Assembly: GCA_902535055.1 (NCBI GenBank)
Contig: CACASI010000002.1
Coordinates: forward strand, 15,333-79,332
Reading direction: 5' to 3'
Length of the DNA: 64,000 nt
Origin: an uncultured Candidatus Actinomarina sp.
GTDB taxonomy: Bacteria > Actinomycetota > Acidimicrobiia > Actinomarinales > Actinomarinaceae
Shown here one piece after another: positions 18,171 through 27,947 of the stretch (position 1 is its first letter; each line of letters opens with the position of its first letter). A program made the position numbers and the translations under genes. The notes below the pieces were generated by a model, which saw only the letters and a list, made by a program, of their open reading frames with translations, was not told the origin of the DNA and did no database searches.

Positions 18171-19415
18171 TTAGCTAGTGCCATGCTCCCAGGAGTCGAG
18201 ATAATCAATTTGCTCTTTGGTGAGTATTTCAAGCTCTCCACCCATGAGTTCCAGTTTTGTTGCAGCAATTTTTAAATCTACTTCACTTGGAAGAGTATAA
18301 ACTTTTGGTTCTAGTTGCTCATAATTGTCTTTAATCCATTCAGCAGCCAGTGCTTGATTTGCAAATGACATATCCATTACAGATGCTGGATGACCTGTTG
18401 CAGCTGCTAAATTGACAAGCCTTCCTTCTGCTAAGACCAATATCTCTTTCCCGTTATATTTATAGCTTTCTACATGTTCTCTAACCCTATCAACTTGTGA
18501 ACTATTTTCTTTAAGGGCATTTAAGTTAATTTCGACATCAAAGTGTCCTGCATTAGCTAGGGCAACTCCATCTTTCATTACATCAAAGTGTTGCTTATCA
18601 AGAGCATGCATATTGCCCGTTACAGATACAATTACATCTGCAATCTTTGCTGCATTTATACTTGTTTTAACTTCGTATCCATGCATAAGCGCTTCTAAAG
18701 CACGAACTGAATTTGGTTCTACAATCGTAACTTTTGCACCCATTCCATACGCTCTTTCTGCAACCCCTTTTCCACAATCACCAAAACCTATAACAACGAC
18801 ATCCAAGCCTGCAATCAATAAATCGGTAGCTCTTACTACACCATCCATTGCACTTTGACCAGTTCCAAATCTGTTATCAAATAAATGCTTAGTGTCTGAA
18901 TCATTCACTGCAACGACTGGAAATCTAAGTTTGTTATTTTTTTCCATTGATTTGAGTCTTATTACTCCTGTTGTTGTTTCTTCCATTGAGCCCATTACTG
19001 GTATATCAGATCTCTCAGTGTGTAATAATGAAACTAAATCTGCTCCATCATCCATTGTTATGTCAGGTTTCGTATCTAAAACAGAATTAAGGTGTTTGAA
19101 AAAATCATCGTTAGATACTCCGTGCACAGCATGAACTTCTACATCATTTTCAGAGAGATATGCTGCAACTGAGTCTTTTGTAGATAATGGGTTTGAAGCA
19201 CATAATGAAACATTTGCTCCAGCAGACTTTAAAGTAAGCATTAAATTAGCAGTTTCCTTTGTTACGTGCATACAAGCACCTATGTTTAAACCTTCTAATG
19301 GTTTGTTTTTCATAAAGTCTGATTTTATTTCATCAAGAACTTTCATCTGCCTTGCTGCCCAGTCAACTTCTTGTTGGCCAACATTTGCAAGTTTAATATC
19401 TTTAATTGTTGACAT
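18171..19415 (-). CDS. ahcY: Adenosylhomocysteinase (short form)
   Basis: 414 aa with DDGADL, EETTTG and the GFGDCGKG NAD-binding motif. Confidence 0.9.
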   Translation of the reverse strand: MSTIKDIKLANVGQQEVDWAARQMKVLDEIKSDFMKNKPLEGLNIGACMHVTKETANLMLTLKSAGANVSLCASNPLSTKDSVAAYLSENDVEVHAVHGVSNDDFFKHLNSVLDTKPDITMDDGADLVSLLHTERSDIPVMGSMEETTTGVIRLKSMEKNNKLRFPVVAVNDSDTKHLFDNRFGTGQSAMDGVVRATDLLIAGLDVVVIGFGDCGKGVAERAYGMGAKVTIVEPNSVRALEALMHGYEVKTSINAAKIADVIVSVTGNMHALDKQHFDVMKDGVALANAGHFDVEINLNALKENSSQVDRVREHVESYKYNGKEILVLAEGRLVNLAAATGHPASVMDMSFANQALAAEWIKDNYEQLEPKVYTLPSEVDLKIAATKLELMGGELEILTKEQIDYLDSWEHGTS

Positions 19416-20410
19416 TACCCTCCTAGTAAATCTTTTAATTTTTCAATAGTTGCAATGTTTTCAGGATCAATAGAAAGCTTGTTTGCTAAATTTAAACTAA
19501 CTAAATCACCTAGTAATACTAACTCCAATAGGGTTTTTAGTGTATTTTCTTGATTATCTAAATTTACTTCGAGTACCTTTACTTTGTCGCCAATTAAATC
19601 TTTTGTGAATTCAAATCTTTTTTGAATTTGAGTATGTTCATTTTTATCTCTCAATAAAATTACTATAAAGTTATTTTTACTTCCATCTTTATCTGCATCC
19701 CAAGAAAGAATTTCATTATGATGAACTTCTGGCAAATTACCTACAAAAGCCTTGGATTTTGAATTTTCATTAATTTGAGTTTTCCAACGAGATGATACAA
19801 CTTTGGACATATCAGTACCTGCATAGAGAACAACAGTTTTATTATTAATTGATTCACTAATTTCTAAAGAAAGTTTATTTATTTCTGATTCTTCATTCAT
19901 CCCAGATAAAGTCTCTAAATATTGACTAACTTTCTGAAGTTGAGAAACAAAATTTGACCCATCTAAGAAATCTAATATTTTTGAAACAGCTAATGTAAGA
20001 TATCCAAAAGCCGCTCTTGGTTGCAATCCACCTGGAATTTTGATAAAAGCTTTATCTTGTTTTTTCGCAATATCTATCAACTTTCCACCACTTGAAATAG
20101 CAATCCAATCCAAGTTGTTTTCAATAGCATCAGATATACCCGACAATGTTTCTTCGGTGTTCCCAGAATAAGAAATGAATAAGCAGAGAGGTCGTAAATT
20201 GATAATTTGTTTTGGTATTGAATAGTCTTTTCGAACAATAATGTTCTTATTAGATATTTCATCAGATAAAACTTTCATAACATCACCTGCGACACCGGAA
20301 CCACCCATTCCCATGATTAAAAGATTTTCGTGAGAGAAATTTTCTAAATTACTTGAAAATTCAAGCTTGGATATTATTTGATTTTTAAGATCGAAAGCAA
20401 CATTTAACAT
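19415..20410 (-). CDS. SIS-domain bifunctional phosphoglucose/phosphomannose isomerase-like protein
   Basis: 331 aa with GMGGSG and SYSGNTEET SIS motifs. It lies adjacent to the phosphomannomutase gene. Confidence 0.7.
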   Translation of the reverse strand: MLNVAFDLKNQIISKLEFSSNLENFSHENLLIMGMGGSGVAGDVMKVLSDEISNKNIIVRKDYSIPKQIINLRPLCLFISYSGNTEETLSGISDAIENNLDWIAISSGGKLIDIAKKQDKAFIKIPGGLQPRAAFGYLTLAVSKILDFLDGSNFVSQLQKVSQYLETLSGMNEESEINKLSLEISESINNKTVVLYAGTDMSKVVSSRWKTQINENSKSKAFVGNLPEVHHNEILSWDADKDGSKNNFIVILLRDKNEHTQIQKRFEFTKDLIGDKVKVLEVNLDNQENTLKTLLELVLLGDLVSLNLANKLSIDPENIATIEKLKDLLGG

Positions 20411-21751
20411 TTATAGACTTATTATATTTGAAATTTTAGTTATAAGGTTCTCTAAAGTTTTTTGATCTACGGCTTCAGCATTTAATCGAAGCATTGGTTC
20501 AGTGTTCGATCCTCTGACATTGAACCAAAAATTATCAGAAAAATATGATATGCCATCTAATTTATCAAAATTTCCTTCAAATGAATTTTCAATTTTATCA
20601 AGGCTCATTCCAACATCATTTACAGTGTAATTTATCTCACCAGAGGAAGGCATAAAGTCATACTTCTCTATGAGTTCTCCACTTTTGATATTTTTTTCAG
20701 ATAAAATCTTTAAAAATATAAGTAATGTCAATATCCCTGAGTCAGCATAAAAATTTTCTCTTAAGTAGAAGTGAGCACTATGTTCTCCACCAAAATCTGC
20801 ATCGTTATCTCTCATAATTTTCTTGATGTAAGAGTGGCCAACTTTAGATCTTATTGTCTGAACACCTTTACTTTTTAAATATTCAACTATAGAAGGTTGG
20901 ACGTTAACGTTATGTACTACTTTTATTTCTGTTTGTTTTTCAAGCAACCAATCAGAAATTAAGCAGGTCATTAAACTTCCACTAATTAAATTTCCTTTAT
21001 CATCAATAAAAACTGACCTGTCTGCATCTCCATCAAATGCAACTCCGAAATCAAGATTGTCTGATAAAACTTTAGCTTTAAGATCTGAAAGATTATTTTC
21101 ATCTGATGGATCAGCTGGATGATTAGGGAAATTTCCATCTACATCCATATATAAGCCTTCATAATTCAAATTATAAGTTTTTGACAGATCTTCAATAATT
21201 GAACCAAGTACACCATTCCCTCCATCTATACAAAATTTCACTGTTTCACTAATTTCTGATGTATCTACTATCTTTTTAAAATGTTCTAAATATAAATCAA
21301 TCATATTCTTTTTTGGGGGGAAATCTAAAACTTTAAATTCTTCATTAAAATCTTCAGCAAGTTTTTTTATTTCTCTCAGTCCTGTCTCTTGACCGATTGC
21401 AATCGCGCCATTATTACAAAATTTAAATCCCGTATACTGTTTTGGATTATGAGATGCTGTAATAATTAAACCAGGCAAATTTTTAATTCCTGATAATGTG
21501 TAAACAACATCGGTAGGAACCGTTCCAACATACAAAACTTTTTTATTCATATTTTGAATACCTGAACTTACTGCAGTGAACATTTCTTCATTTGATATTC
21601 GGCCATCATGTCCGACAATAATTTCATCTGAATCTACATATGAAGCAAAAGCAGCGCCTACTTTAAAAGCTATTTCAGGAGTAATTGATTCATTAAATAC
21701 TCCCCTTACATCGTAAGCCTTAAAAATTAAATCTAGTTTATTTTCATCCAC
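20411..21751 (-). CDS. Phosphomannomutase/phosphoglucomutase
   Basis: 446 aa with the active-site TASHNP, the metal site FDGDADR and a GEHSAH block. Confidence 0.88.
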   Translation of the reverse strand: MDENKLDLIFKAYDVRGVFNESITPEIAFKVGAAFASYVDSDEIIVGHDGRISNEEMFTAVSSGIQNMNKKVLYVGTVPTDVVYTLSGIKNLPGLIITASHNPKQYTGFKFCNNGAIAIGQETGLREIKKLAEDFNEEFKVLDFPPKKNMIDLYLEHFKKIVDTSEISETVKFCIDGGNGVLGSIIEDLSKTYNLNYEGLYMDVDGNFPNHPADPSDENNLSDLKAKVLSDNLDFGVAFDGDADRSVFIDDKGNLISGSLMTCLISDWLLEKQTEIKVVHNVNVQPSIVEYLKSKGVQTIRSKVGHSYIKKIMRDNDADFGGEHSAHFYLRENFYADSGILTLLIFLKILSEKNIKSGELIEKYDFMPSSGEINYTVNDVGMSLDKIENSFEGNFDKLDGISYFSDNFWFNVRGSNTEPMLRLNAEAVDQKTLENLITKISNIISL

Positions 21752-21766
21752 TCCATATGTATTGTA

Positions 21767-22507
21767 ATGTTTATGAAAATGAACAACATGATAAATAATT
21801 TTTCAGTTGTAATACCAGTTTTTAATGAAGAGGAAATCTTTATAGATTCTGCAAAAAAAATCTACAATATCTGTAATGAAGTAAATAAACCATTTGAAAT
21901 TATTTTTTCAGAAAATGGATCTACAGACAATACAGTGAATTTAATACAAAATTTTATAAATGATAAAGACAACTGTTTCATGATTAGAAATGAGATAGCA
22001 AATTACGGACTTGCGCTTAAAAATGGATTTAGAAATGCCAAAAACGACCTTATTATTTCATTTGATATAGATTATTTTTCAAAAAAATTTCTTGAACAAT
22101 CTCTAAAATTGAGTGATGAATTTGTAGGTATAGTTGCCTCTAAAAGAATGAGTGAATCCGAAGATAAAAGGACAATTGTTCGAAAACTTGCAACATCAAC
22201 TTTTGTATTGATATTAAAGTTTTTATTCCGAACCTCACTGAGTGATACTCATGGAATGAAAGCGATTAGAAGAGACAACATACAAAAAGAAATTAACAAT
22301 GTCATATCTACACAAGATATTTTTGATACTGAACTTTTAATTAGGATAGAAATGTCAGGATTCAAGATTCAAGAAGTTCCTGCAAAAGTTAATGAGATAA
22401 GACCAAGTGTGTCTGTTATTTTCAAAAGGATTCCAAGAACTCTTAAGAGTTTATTTAAATTAAGATATCAATTATTTAAAGAGTCTTTAAACACAAATAA
22501 TTTATAG
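21767..22507 (+). CDS. GT2-family glycosyltransferase, polyprenyl-phosphate sugar synthase-like (GtrB/Ppm1-like catalytic domain)
   Basis: 246 aa with SVVIPVFNEE and NGSTDNT, plus FDIDY, a DxD-like motif. It has no C-terminal TM helices. Confidence 0.75.
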   Translation: MFMKMNNMINNFSVVIPVFNEEEIFIDSAKKIYNICNEVNKPFEIIFSENGSTDNTVNLIQNFINDKDNCFMIRNEIANYGLALKNGFRNAKNDLIISFDIDYFSKKFLEQSLKLSDEFVGIVASKRMSESEDKRTIVRKLATSTFVLILKFLFRTSLSDTHGMKAIRRDNIQKEINNVISTQDIFDTELLIRIEMSGFKIQEVPAKVNEIRPSVSVIFKRIPRTLKSLFKLRYQLFKESLNTNNL

Positions 22508-22938
22508 ATTATATATTTTATTGGAAGAATAAATCCATGTATCAATATTGTTGCTATCAAAAATTGAATTTCATTGTTTTGAATTGAAGGCCTAGTTAAA
22601 TCGATCAAGAACCAAATAAATAAAGGGACAATTAAGTTAATTAAATTTGTAGCTACAAATTTTGTAAATTCTTTAAAGCCACCATCATTAAAAGATAGTT
22701 TAAAAATAATTTTTCTAGATAAAAAGTATGAAATTATAACGCCAATTGAAAATGCAAAAATGTTTGTTAAGTAAGTTCTCAAAGGCACTTGAATTGCAAA
22801 AAAAACATAAAATTGAAATAAATAAGTTATTCCTAACCCAAAAACTAAGTTTATTGCACCGACTACATAGGTTCTGAATAATTGAGAATAAGTTGAGTTC
22901 CCCGTTACTAATTTGAAAGTTTTAAGTTTTTTAAGCAT
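22468..22938 (-). CDS. GtrA-like small polytopic membrane protein (putative lipid-linked sugar flippase)
   Basis: 156 aa with about 4 TM helices. Its size and topology are typical of the GtrA family. It overlaps the downstream end of the large membrane protein gene. Confidence 0.6.
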   Translation of the reverse strand: MLKKLKTFKLVTGNSTYSQLFRTYVVGAINLVFGLGITYLFQFYVFFAIQVPLRTYLTNIFAFSIGVIISYFLSRKIIFKLSFNDGGFKEFTKFVATNLINLIVPLFIWFLIDLTRPSIQNNEIQFLIATILIHGFILPIKYIIYKLFVFKDSLNN

Positions 22939-25120
22939 TTTGTTTTAATCTAATAAAAATTATTAATGACAAGAGTAACGAAAATATTGAAAAATAGAAG
23001 CTATTTTTCTCTACAACTGTGTTTTCAAATGTAATCTCCACATATTTATTATCTGGAATAACTGACATAAATGAAGGTGATGTTCTAAAGGGTCCTTTAC
23101 CATTAGTGATTTTCCAATTTGGAAAGTACGAAACTTTAATTAAGTGTAATTCTCCTGGACTATCTGTAAAAAAAGAAATTTTGTTATTGGTAATATTTAA
23201 GTCGGTAATTTGCAAATCATTCTTTTTTGATGACACTATATTCATTCCATTACTGACCTCTATTACTCTTTTTTTATCAAGCTCATCAAAGCTTTCATAA
23301 GCTTTGTCAAAAAAATTATTAATATCAGTATCTCGAAGAATCGAGCTTAAAATTCCATCCTGCGTGCTGGCTTTTGAAAAAATTTTTATATCTTGATAAA
23401 TTAATTCAACTTTAGAAGAGTTCACTTTAAAAACTGAAAATGGTTCTGATGAGAAAAGTAAAATAAGCTTTTCAGAATCCATTGCCTTACTCTCAATTTC
23501 TTCTGTGTATGAAATAAAATAATCTACTCCAAGGTGATTAAGGTACTCGACGCCTTTGTCAAATTGATTATTGATGTAAGACAATCCACCAACGGGATTT
23601 GAGGGTCTTTTTGCTAAACCGGACACTGAAATAAAGTGAAATGGAGTTGTAATACTTGAGTCAAAATATAAACCTTCCATACTTGTGTGTTTAGTAAAAT
23701 ATGGAATAGTCATCAAAGTCATTGGGGTTCCATATTTATTCATGTCAGAATTTGGTTCCCACATAATTCTTCCAGGTTTTAAATCATCTAATTTCGTATA
23801 AAGATTTTCAATTTGAGTCCAGTCATTTTTGCCTTCGTAACCAGTGAAATTCCAATTTAGCCAATGTGGAAGGAAAGTCACTGTAGAAAGAACAATTGAT
23901 AAAAGTAGTAAATTAATTTGGATTTCAACATTTCTTAAATTTAAAATTGCAAAAATACTTATCAAAAAAATAATTGGAATATATTGGTTCAAATAAGATT
24001 GATTACTTGACCATTTATCATAAAAAATATACAAGCAGTAGCTCGTTCCAATTAAAAATAAAATTGTTAAAACATTTATTCCTTGTTGATAAAGATTTAA
24101 ATCCTTAACAAAAATTTCAATTGCTTTAAATAATATAAAAATTACTCCAAGGTTGAAAAACGGGACTAATCTCCCATTCCAAAGGGCACCTTCTGGTACA
24201 AAAAAATAAAGAAGAATTGATGAGGTCACAAGATATATTTCAAATAAATTTAAAGATTTATATTCGATTAATTCTTTAAACTTTGCAAATATTAATCCAA
24301 GCAAAATAAAAATAACAGGCAAAATATCTTCTTTAATTAAATCTTCTAGTCTTGTGAATGGGGTGTAGCTCATATTTGTTGTAAATTCTAAATTTATAAA
24401 TAAAGAGATAAACCATCTTGAAACAAGTGCCAAAAATATTGTGATAGAGAGTATTTTTTGATTTATATTCTCTTTTTTAAACAACCAATAAAATCCATAA
24501 ATCGGAATATAAATAATAAAAGGAATTAAATGTGATAGAAGACAAAGTGAAAGAAAGATTGAACTAATTGAAAATCTAAATTTATTATTTGATTTAATTA
24601 GATAAAAGATAGCTAAATTTCCAAATGCTAATGAATAAGCAAAAGAAAATTGTCCAGCTAAAGTTGATGCTAAATTTCCACCATAAATTGTAAATGATTC
24701 TGTAAAAACATAAAATAAGCCTGCGGTAGCACCTATAGATGAAAATTTATTTGAGTCTTTTCTAAATAATTTCTCTAATGAATAAACCATTAGGATTGTA
24801 GAAATCACAACCATTAATTTAAAGGCAACTCCGAAAGGAAAAATTACATCTAAGAAAAAAGTAATAATTGCTGGTAACGGAAAATAGAAATAATATAGAG
24901 GATATCCAGCAAACCAGTCATTTGACCATCCGCTAATCTGAAAATTTGGCATGAAGTCTTTAATAAAGGTATCAATTGCAACAATATGTGCTCCCATATC
25001 GCCACCCGTAGGTGTATTGTTCAGGAATACTAAATCAATTCTTAAAAACAAAATTAGAACAATGAAATAAAATAATTTTTGTGAAATATCTAAATTTATG
25101 TTTTTACTAATTGATTTCAT
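22931..25120 (-). CDS. Large polytopic membrane protein, GT-C-like glycosyltransferase candidate
   Basis: 729 aa. There are about 12-13 TM helices in the first 430 aa or so, with a GGDMGAH motif in the first loop. A roughly 280-aa soluble domain and a C-terminal TM anchor follow. I assigned the function from architecture and gene context, not from recognised catalytic residues. Confidence 0.5.
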   Translation of the reverse strand: MKSISKNINLDISQKLFYFIVLILFLRIDLVFLNNTPTGGDMGAHIVAIDTFIKDFMPNFQISGWSNDWFAGYPLYYFYFPLPAIITFFLDVIFPFGVAFKLMVVISTILMVYSLEKLFRKDSNKFSSIGATAGLFYVFTESFTIYGGNLASTLAGQFSFAYSLAFGNLAIFYLIKSNNKFRFSISSIFLSLCLLSHLIPFIIYIPIYGFYWLFKKENINQKILSITIFLALVSRWFISLFINLEFTTNMSYTPFTRLEDLIKEDILPVIFILLGLIFAKFKELIEYKSLNLFEIYLVTSSILLYFFVPEGALWNGRLVPFFNLGVIFILFKAIEIFVKDLNLYQQGINVLTILFLIGTSYCLYIFYDKWSSNQSYLNQYIPIIFLISIFAILNLRNVEIQINLLLLSIVLSTVTFLPHWLNWNFTGYEGKNDWTQIENLYTKLDDLKPGRIMWEPNSDMNKYGTPMTLMTIPYFTKHTSMEGLYFDSSITTPFHFISVSGLAKRPSNPVGGLSYINNQFDKGVEYLNHLGVDYFISYTEEIESKAMDSEKLILLFSSEPFSVFKVNSSKVELIYQDIKIFSKASTQDGILSSILRDTDINNFFDKAYESFDELDKKRVIEVSNGMNIVSSKKNDLQITDLNITNNKISFFTDSPGELHLIKVSYFPNWKITNGKGPFRTSPSFMSVIPDNKYVEITFENTVVEKNSFYFSIFSLLLSLIIFIRLKQNA

Positions 25121-25361
25121 TTAAAATTTTTCCAAGATATTTTGTATTTCTTTTTCCATTTTCTGACCATTCAGCATACCAATATGGACCATGAGGGCAA
25201 CTGTTACATGACTCCCGCCCACACTTAATAGACTTTTGTCTATAAGATATTTTTTGTTCATTAATTGCGGTACCAAGTTTATTATCAATTAAAATTCTCA
25301 ATCTTTTCAGATCTGATTCACCTAATTCAGAGATTGCTTCTAGAATTTCTCTATCTACCAT
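25107..25361 (-). CDS. Small Cys-rich (zinc-ribbon-like) protein
   Basis: 84 aa with the motif KCGRESCNSCPHGPYWYAEW. Its stop overlaps the start of the large membrane protein gene by 14 nt. Confidence 0.5.
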   Translation of the reverse strand: MVDREILEAISELGESDLKRLRILIDNKLGTAINEQKISYRQKSIKCGRESCNSCPHGPYWYAEWSENGKRNTKYLGKILNEIN

Positions 25362-25401
25362 TATTAAAATGTTAATGGAATATTGGTAAGAGTAACTAAG
25401 T

Positions 25402-26298
25402 ATGAAAAAAATTGTTTATTTATCTGGTGGAATTGGTGGAGCAAAGCTTGCTAAAGGTTTTTATAGTTTAAATGATATTGACTTAACAATCATCGTAAAT
25501 ACAGGTGACGATGAAACTATACATGGAGTAAGACTATCACCCGATATAGATTCCGTAATTTATGCGTTAGCTGGAATTGAGGGTCAGTTTGGATGGGGAC
25601 AAAAAAATGATACTTTTTTAGTTAACGAAGAATATAAAAAATATATTCCACAAGAATTTAATCTTGGCGATAAAGATCTTGCTTTAAATCTATTTAGAAA
25701 TCAACTATTTTCGCAGGGAAAGTCTTTAACTCAGATAACAAACATCATTGCAGATAAATTTGATTTAAATTGTAAAATTTTGCCAATGTCTGATAATTTA
25801 GTAAGTACGAAAATTAAAACCTCAAGTGGTAAATTATTAGACTTCCAAGAATATTTTGTTGAATTAAAATCTGAACCGGAATTAAGTGACGTGATATATT
25901 CAGAATCTGAAAAAGCAAAGATAACAAAGGAAGTATCAAATGCATTAGATCAAGCTGACAAAATAGTTGTAGGTCCCTCAAATCCTATATTGTCTATTGG
26001 CCCAATTCTTGCAATTCAAAATTTGAAAGAAAAATTAACAAATAGTAGTTCAACATATGTTGTGAGTCCGTTTATTCAAAATAATGCTATTAAAGGCCCT
26101 TCAAAGAAAAATTTTGAAGATCTTGGTTATAAAAGTGATATAACTGGAATTAAAGAATTTTATAACAATATCGGCAATTACTACATAGTTCAGTCAGGTG
26201 ATACAGACAAAGCTGAAAATACGATTGAAAAAAATATATTATTTAAGTCCACAGAAGATTCAACTAATTTAGCAAGGTATATTGTTGATCATGAATAA
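25402..26298 (+). CDS. cofD: 2-phospho-L-lactate transferase (F420 biosynthesis, CofD/FbiA)
   Basis: 298 aa with the LSGGIGGAKLAKG N-terminus, TGDD and a GPSNP block. Confidence 0.85.
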   Translation: MKKIVYLSGGIGGAKLAKGFYSLNDIDLTIIVNTGDDETIHGVRLSPDIDSVIYALAGIEGQFGWGQKNDTFLVNEEYKKYIPQEFNLGDKDLALNLFRNQLFSQGKSLTQITNIIADKFDLNCKILPMSDNLVSTKIKTSSGKLLDFQEYFVELKSEPELSDVIYSESEKAKITKEVSNALDQADKIVVGPSNPILSIGPILAIQNLKEKLTNSSSTYVVSPFIQNNAIKGPSKKNFEDLGYKSDITGIKEFYNNIGNYYIVQSGDTDKAENTIEKNILFKSTEDSTNLARYIVDHE

Positions 26299-26989
26299 TA
26301 TATCTATCATTCCAATAAATAATCTACCTGAATTTGAACCAAAGCATGATCTTGCAGATGAGATAGTTAAAAGTTTCAGTAGTAATAATTTTGTTCTTGA
26401 AGATAAAGATATAATCGTAATAACTCAAAAGATAGTTTCAAAAGTAGAAGATAGATTGATTAAAAATGATAATGAAAGTATTGAAAAGTTAATTCAGCAA
26501 GAATCCTTAGAAATTTTAAGAAAAAGAGGTGATACGGTAATCGCAAGAACAAAACATGGTTTTATTTGTGCAAATGCTGGTATTGATAAGTCAAATATTG
26601 AAAAAGGATCATTTTTACTGTTACCTGAAGATCCAGATAAGACATCTAGAGATATAAGAAAAAAAATTGAACATGTATTAAATAAAAAAATTAGCATAAT
26701 CATATCTGATACTTTTGGTAGAGCATGGAGAAAAGGTCAAACTAATATTGCTATAGGATCGTCAGGTATTCAACCTTTAGAAAGCTATATAGGTGAAAAG
26801 GATGCTTTCGATAATGAATTATTTGCTACTGAAATAGCAATTATTGATGAACTAGCTGGAGCTGCAGAATTAGTTATGAAAAAATCTGATAACATACCCG
26901 TTGCCATTATTAGAGGAGTTAATTATAAATATTCAGATTTAGGAGTAAAAGAATTAATTAGAAAAGAAGATGAAGATTTTTTTCTCTAA
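26282..26989 (+). CDS. cofE: Coenzyme F420-0:L-glutamate ligase (CofE, single-domain form)
   Basis: 235 aa with ITQKIVSKVE, ANAGID.SN and SDTFGRAWR blocks. It follows cofD immediately. Confidence 0.85.
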   Translation: MLIMNNISIIPINNLPEFEPKHDLADEIVKSFSSNNFVLEDKDIIVITQKIVSKVEDRLIKNDNESIEKLIQQESLEILRKRGDTVIARTKHGFICANAGIDKSNIEKGSFLLLPEDPDKTSRDIRKKIEHVLNKKISIIISDTFGRAWRKGQTNIAIGSSGIQPLESYIGEKDAFDNELFATEIAIIDELAGAAELVMKKSDNIPVAIIRGVNYKYSDLGVKELIRKEDEDFFL

Positions 26990-27011
26990 AAGTTGAAGAT
27001 AAACAAATTTT

Positions 27012-27947
27012 TTATTCATTTTTAAACCAGTCTACTAATTCTTCAATACCTCTATTTAGATTATATTCCGGCTTCCAATTCAAACTTTTCTTGGCCTTTT
27101 CGTTATTCAAAACACTTCTGAGTAGCTCACCTTCTCTTTGTGGTTTGTAATCTGGTTCTCCCTCCCATGAAGTGATCGATCTAATTATTGACACCAATTC
27201 GTTCACACTTGTTTCTTTACTAGTTCCTATATTTAAAAATAAATTGTCATCCATTTCTGATGATTTTATTAATGCATTTACGACATCTGTAACAAAAATA
27301 TAATCACGTGTTTGGTTTCCATCACCATAAACTATTGGTGTTTCATTATTAAGCATTCTGCCAGTAAATATTGACATCACACCTGCTTCACCGTGTGGAT
27401 CTTGTCTTGGGCCGTAAACATTTGCTAAATTTAAAATTGAATAAGACATATTTTTTTCTTGTAGCATCAATTTTATAAAATCGTTAAGCTTCTTTTTTGC
27501 AACTCCATATGGTGATACTGGCTCTCCTGCATAATCTTTTTCAGATGTTGGTATAACATTAGGTTCACCAAATATTGTTCCCCCAGAAGAGCTAAATACG
27601 AATTTTTTACAATCTGTATTTATTAGTTTCTGTAATAACTTAATTGGTTGTAGAAGATTATGCTCAAAATCTAACAGTGGATCTTCTACAGAAATAACAA
27701 CTGAAGATTGAGCAGCTAAATGAAAACAGACATCAGGGTTGAATGTTTCAATTGCCATTAATGATGCATCAGAACCTAGATCATCATAAATTGTTTCTAC
27801 ATTATCTAATTTATCAATATTTGATTTTTTTCCAGTCAGTAAGTTATCAACAACTAATACTTTCACATTATGTTTTAAAAGTTCTTCAACCAGATGGGAT
27901 CCAATGAATCCGGCACCACCAGTTACTAAAGCTTTTTCAAATTTCAT
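27012..27947 (-). CDS. NAD-dependent sugar-nucleotide epimerase/dehydratase (SDR extended family)
   Basis: 311 aa with the GGAGFIGSH Rossmann motif and the YGVAK (YxxxK) catalytic motif. Confidence 0.85.
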   Translation of the reverse strand: MKFEKALVTGGAGFIGSHLVEELLKHNVKVLVVDNLLTGKKSNIDKLDNVETIYDDLGSDASLMAIETFNPDVCFHLAAQSSVVISVEDPLLDFEHNLLQPIKLLQKLINTDCKKFVFSSSGGTIFGEPNVIPTSEKDYAGEPVSPYGVAKKKLNDFIKLMLQEKNMSYSILNLANVYGPRQDPHGEAGVMSIFTGRMLNNETPIVYGDGNQTRDYIFVTDVVNALIKSSEMDDNLFLNIGTSKETSVNELVSIIRSITSWEGEPDYKPQREGELLRSVLNNEKAKKSLNWKPEYNLNRGIEELVDWFKNE

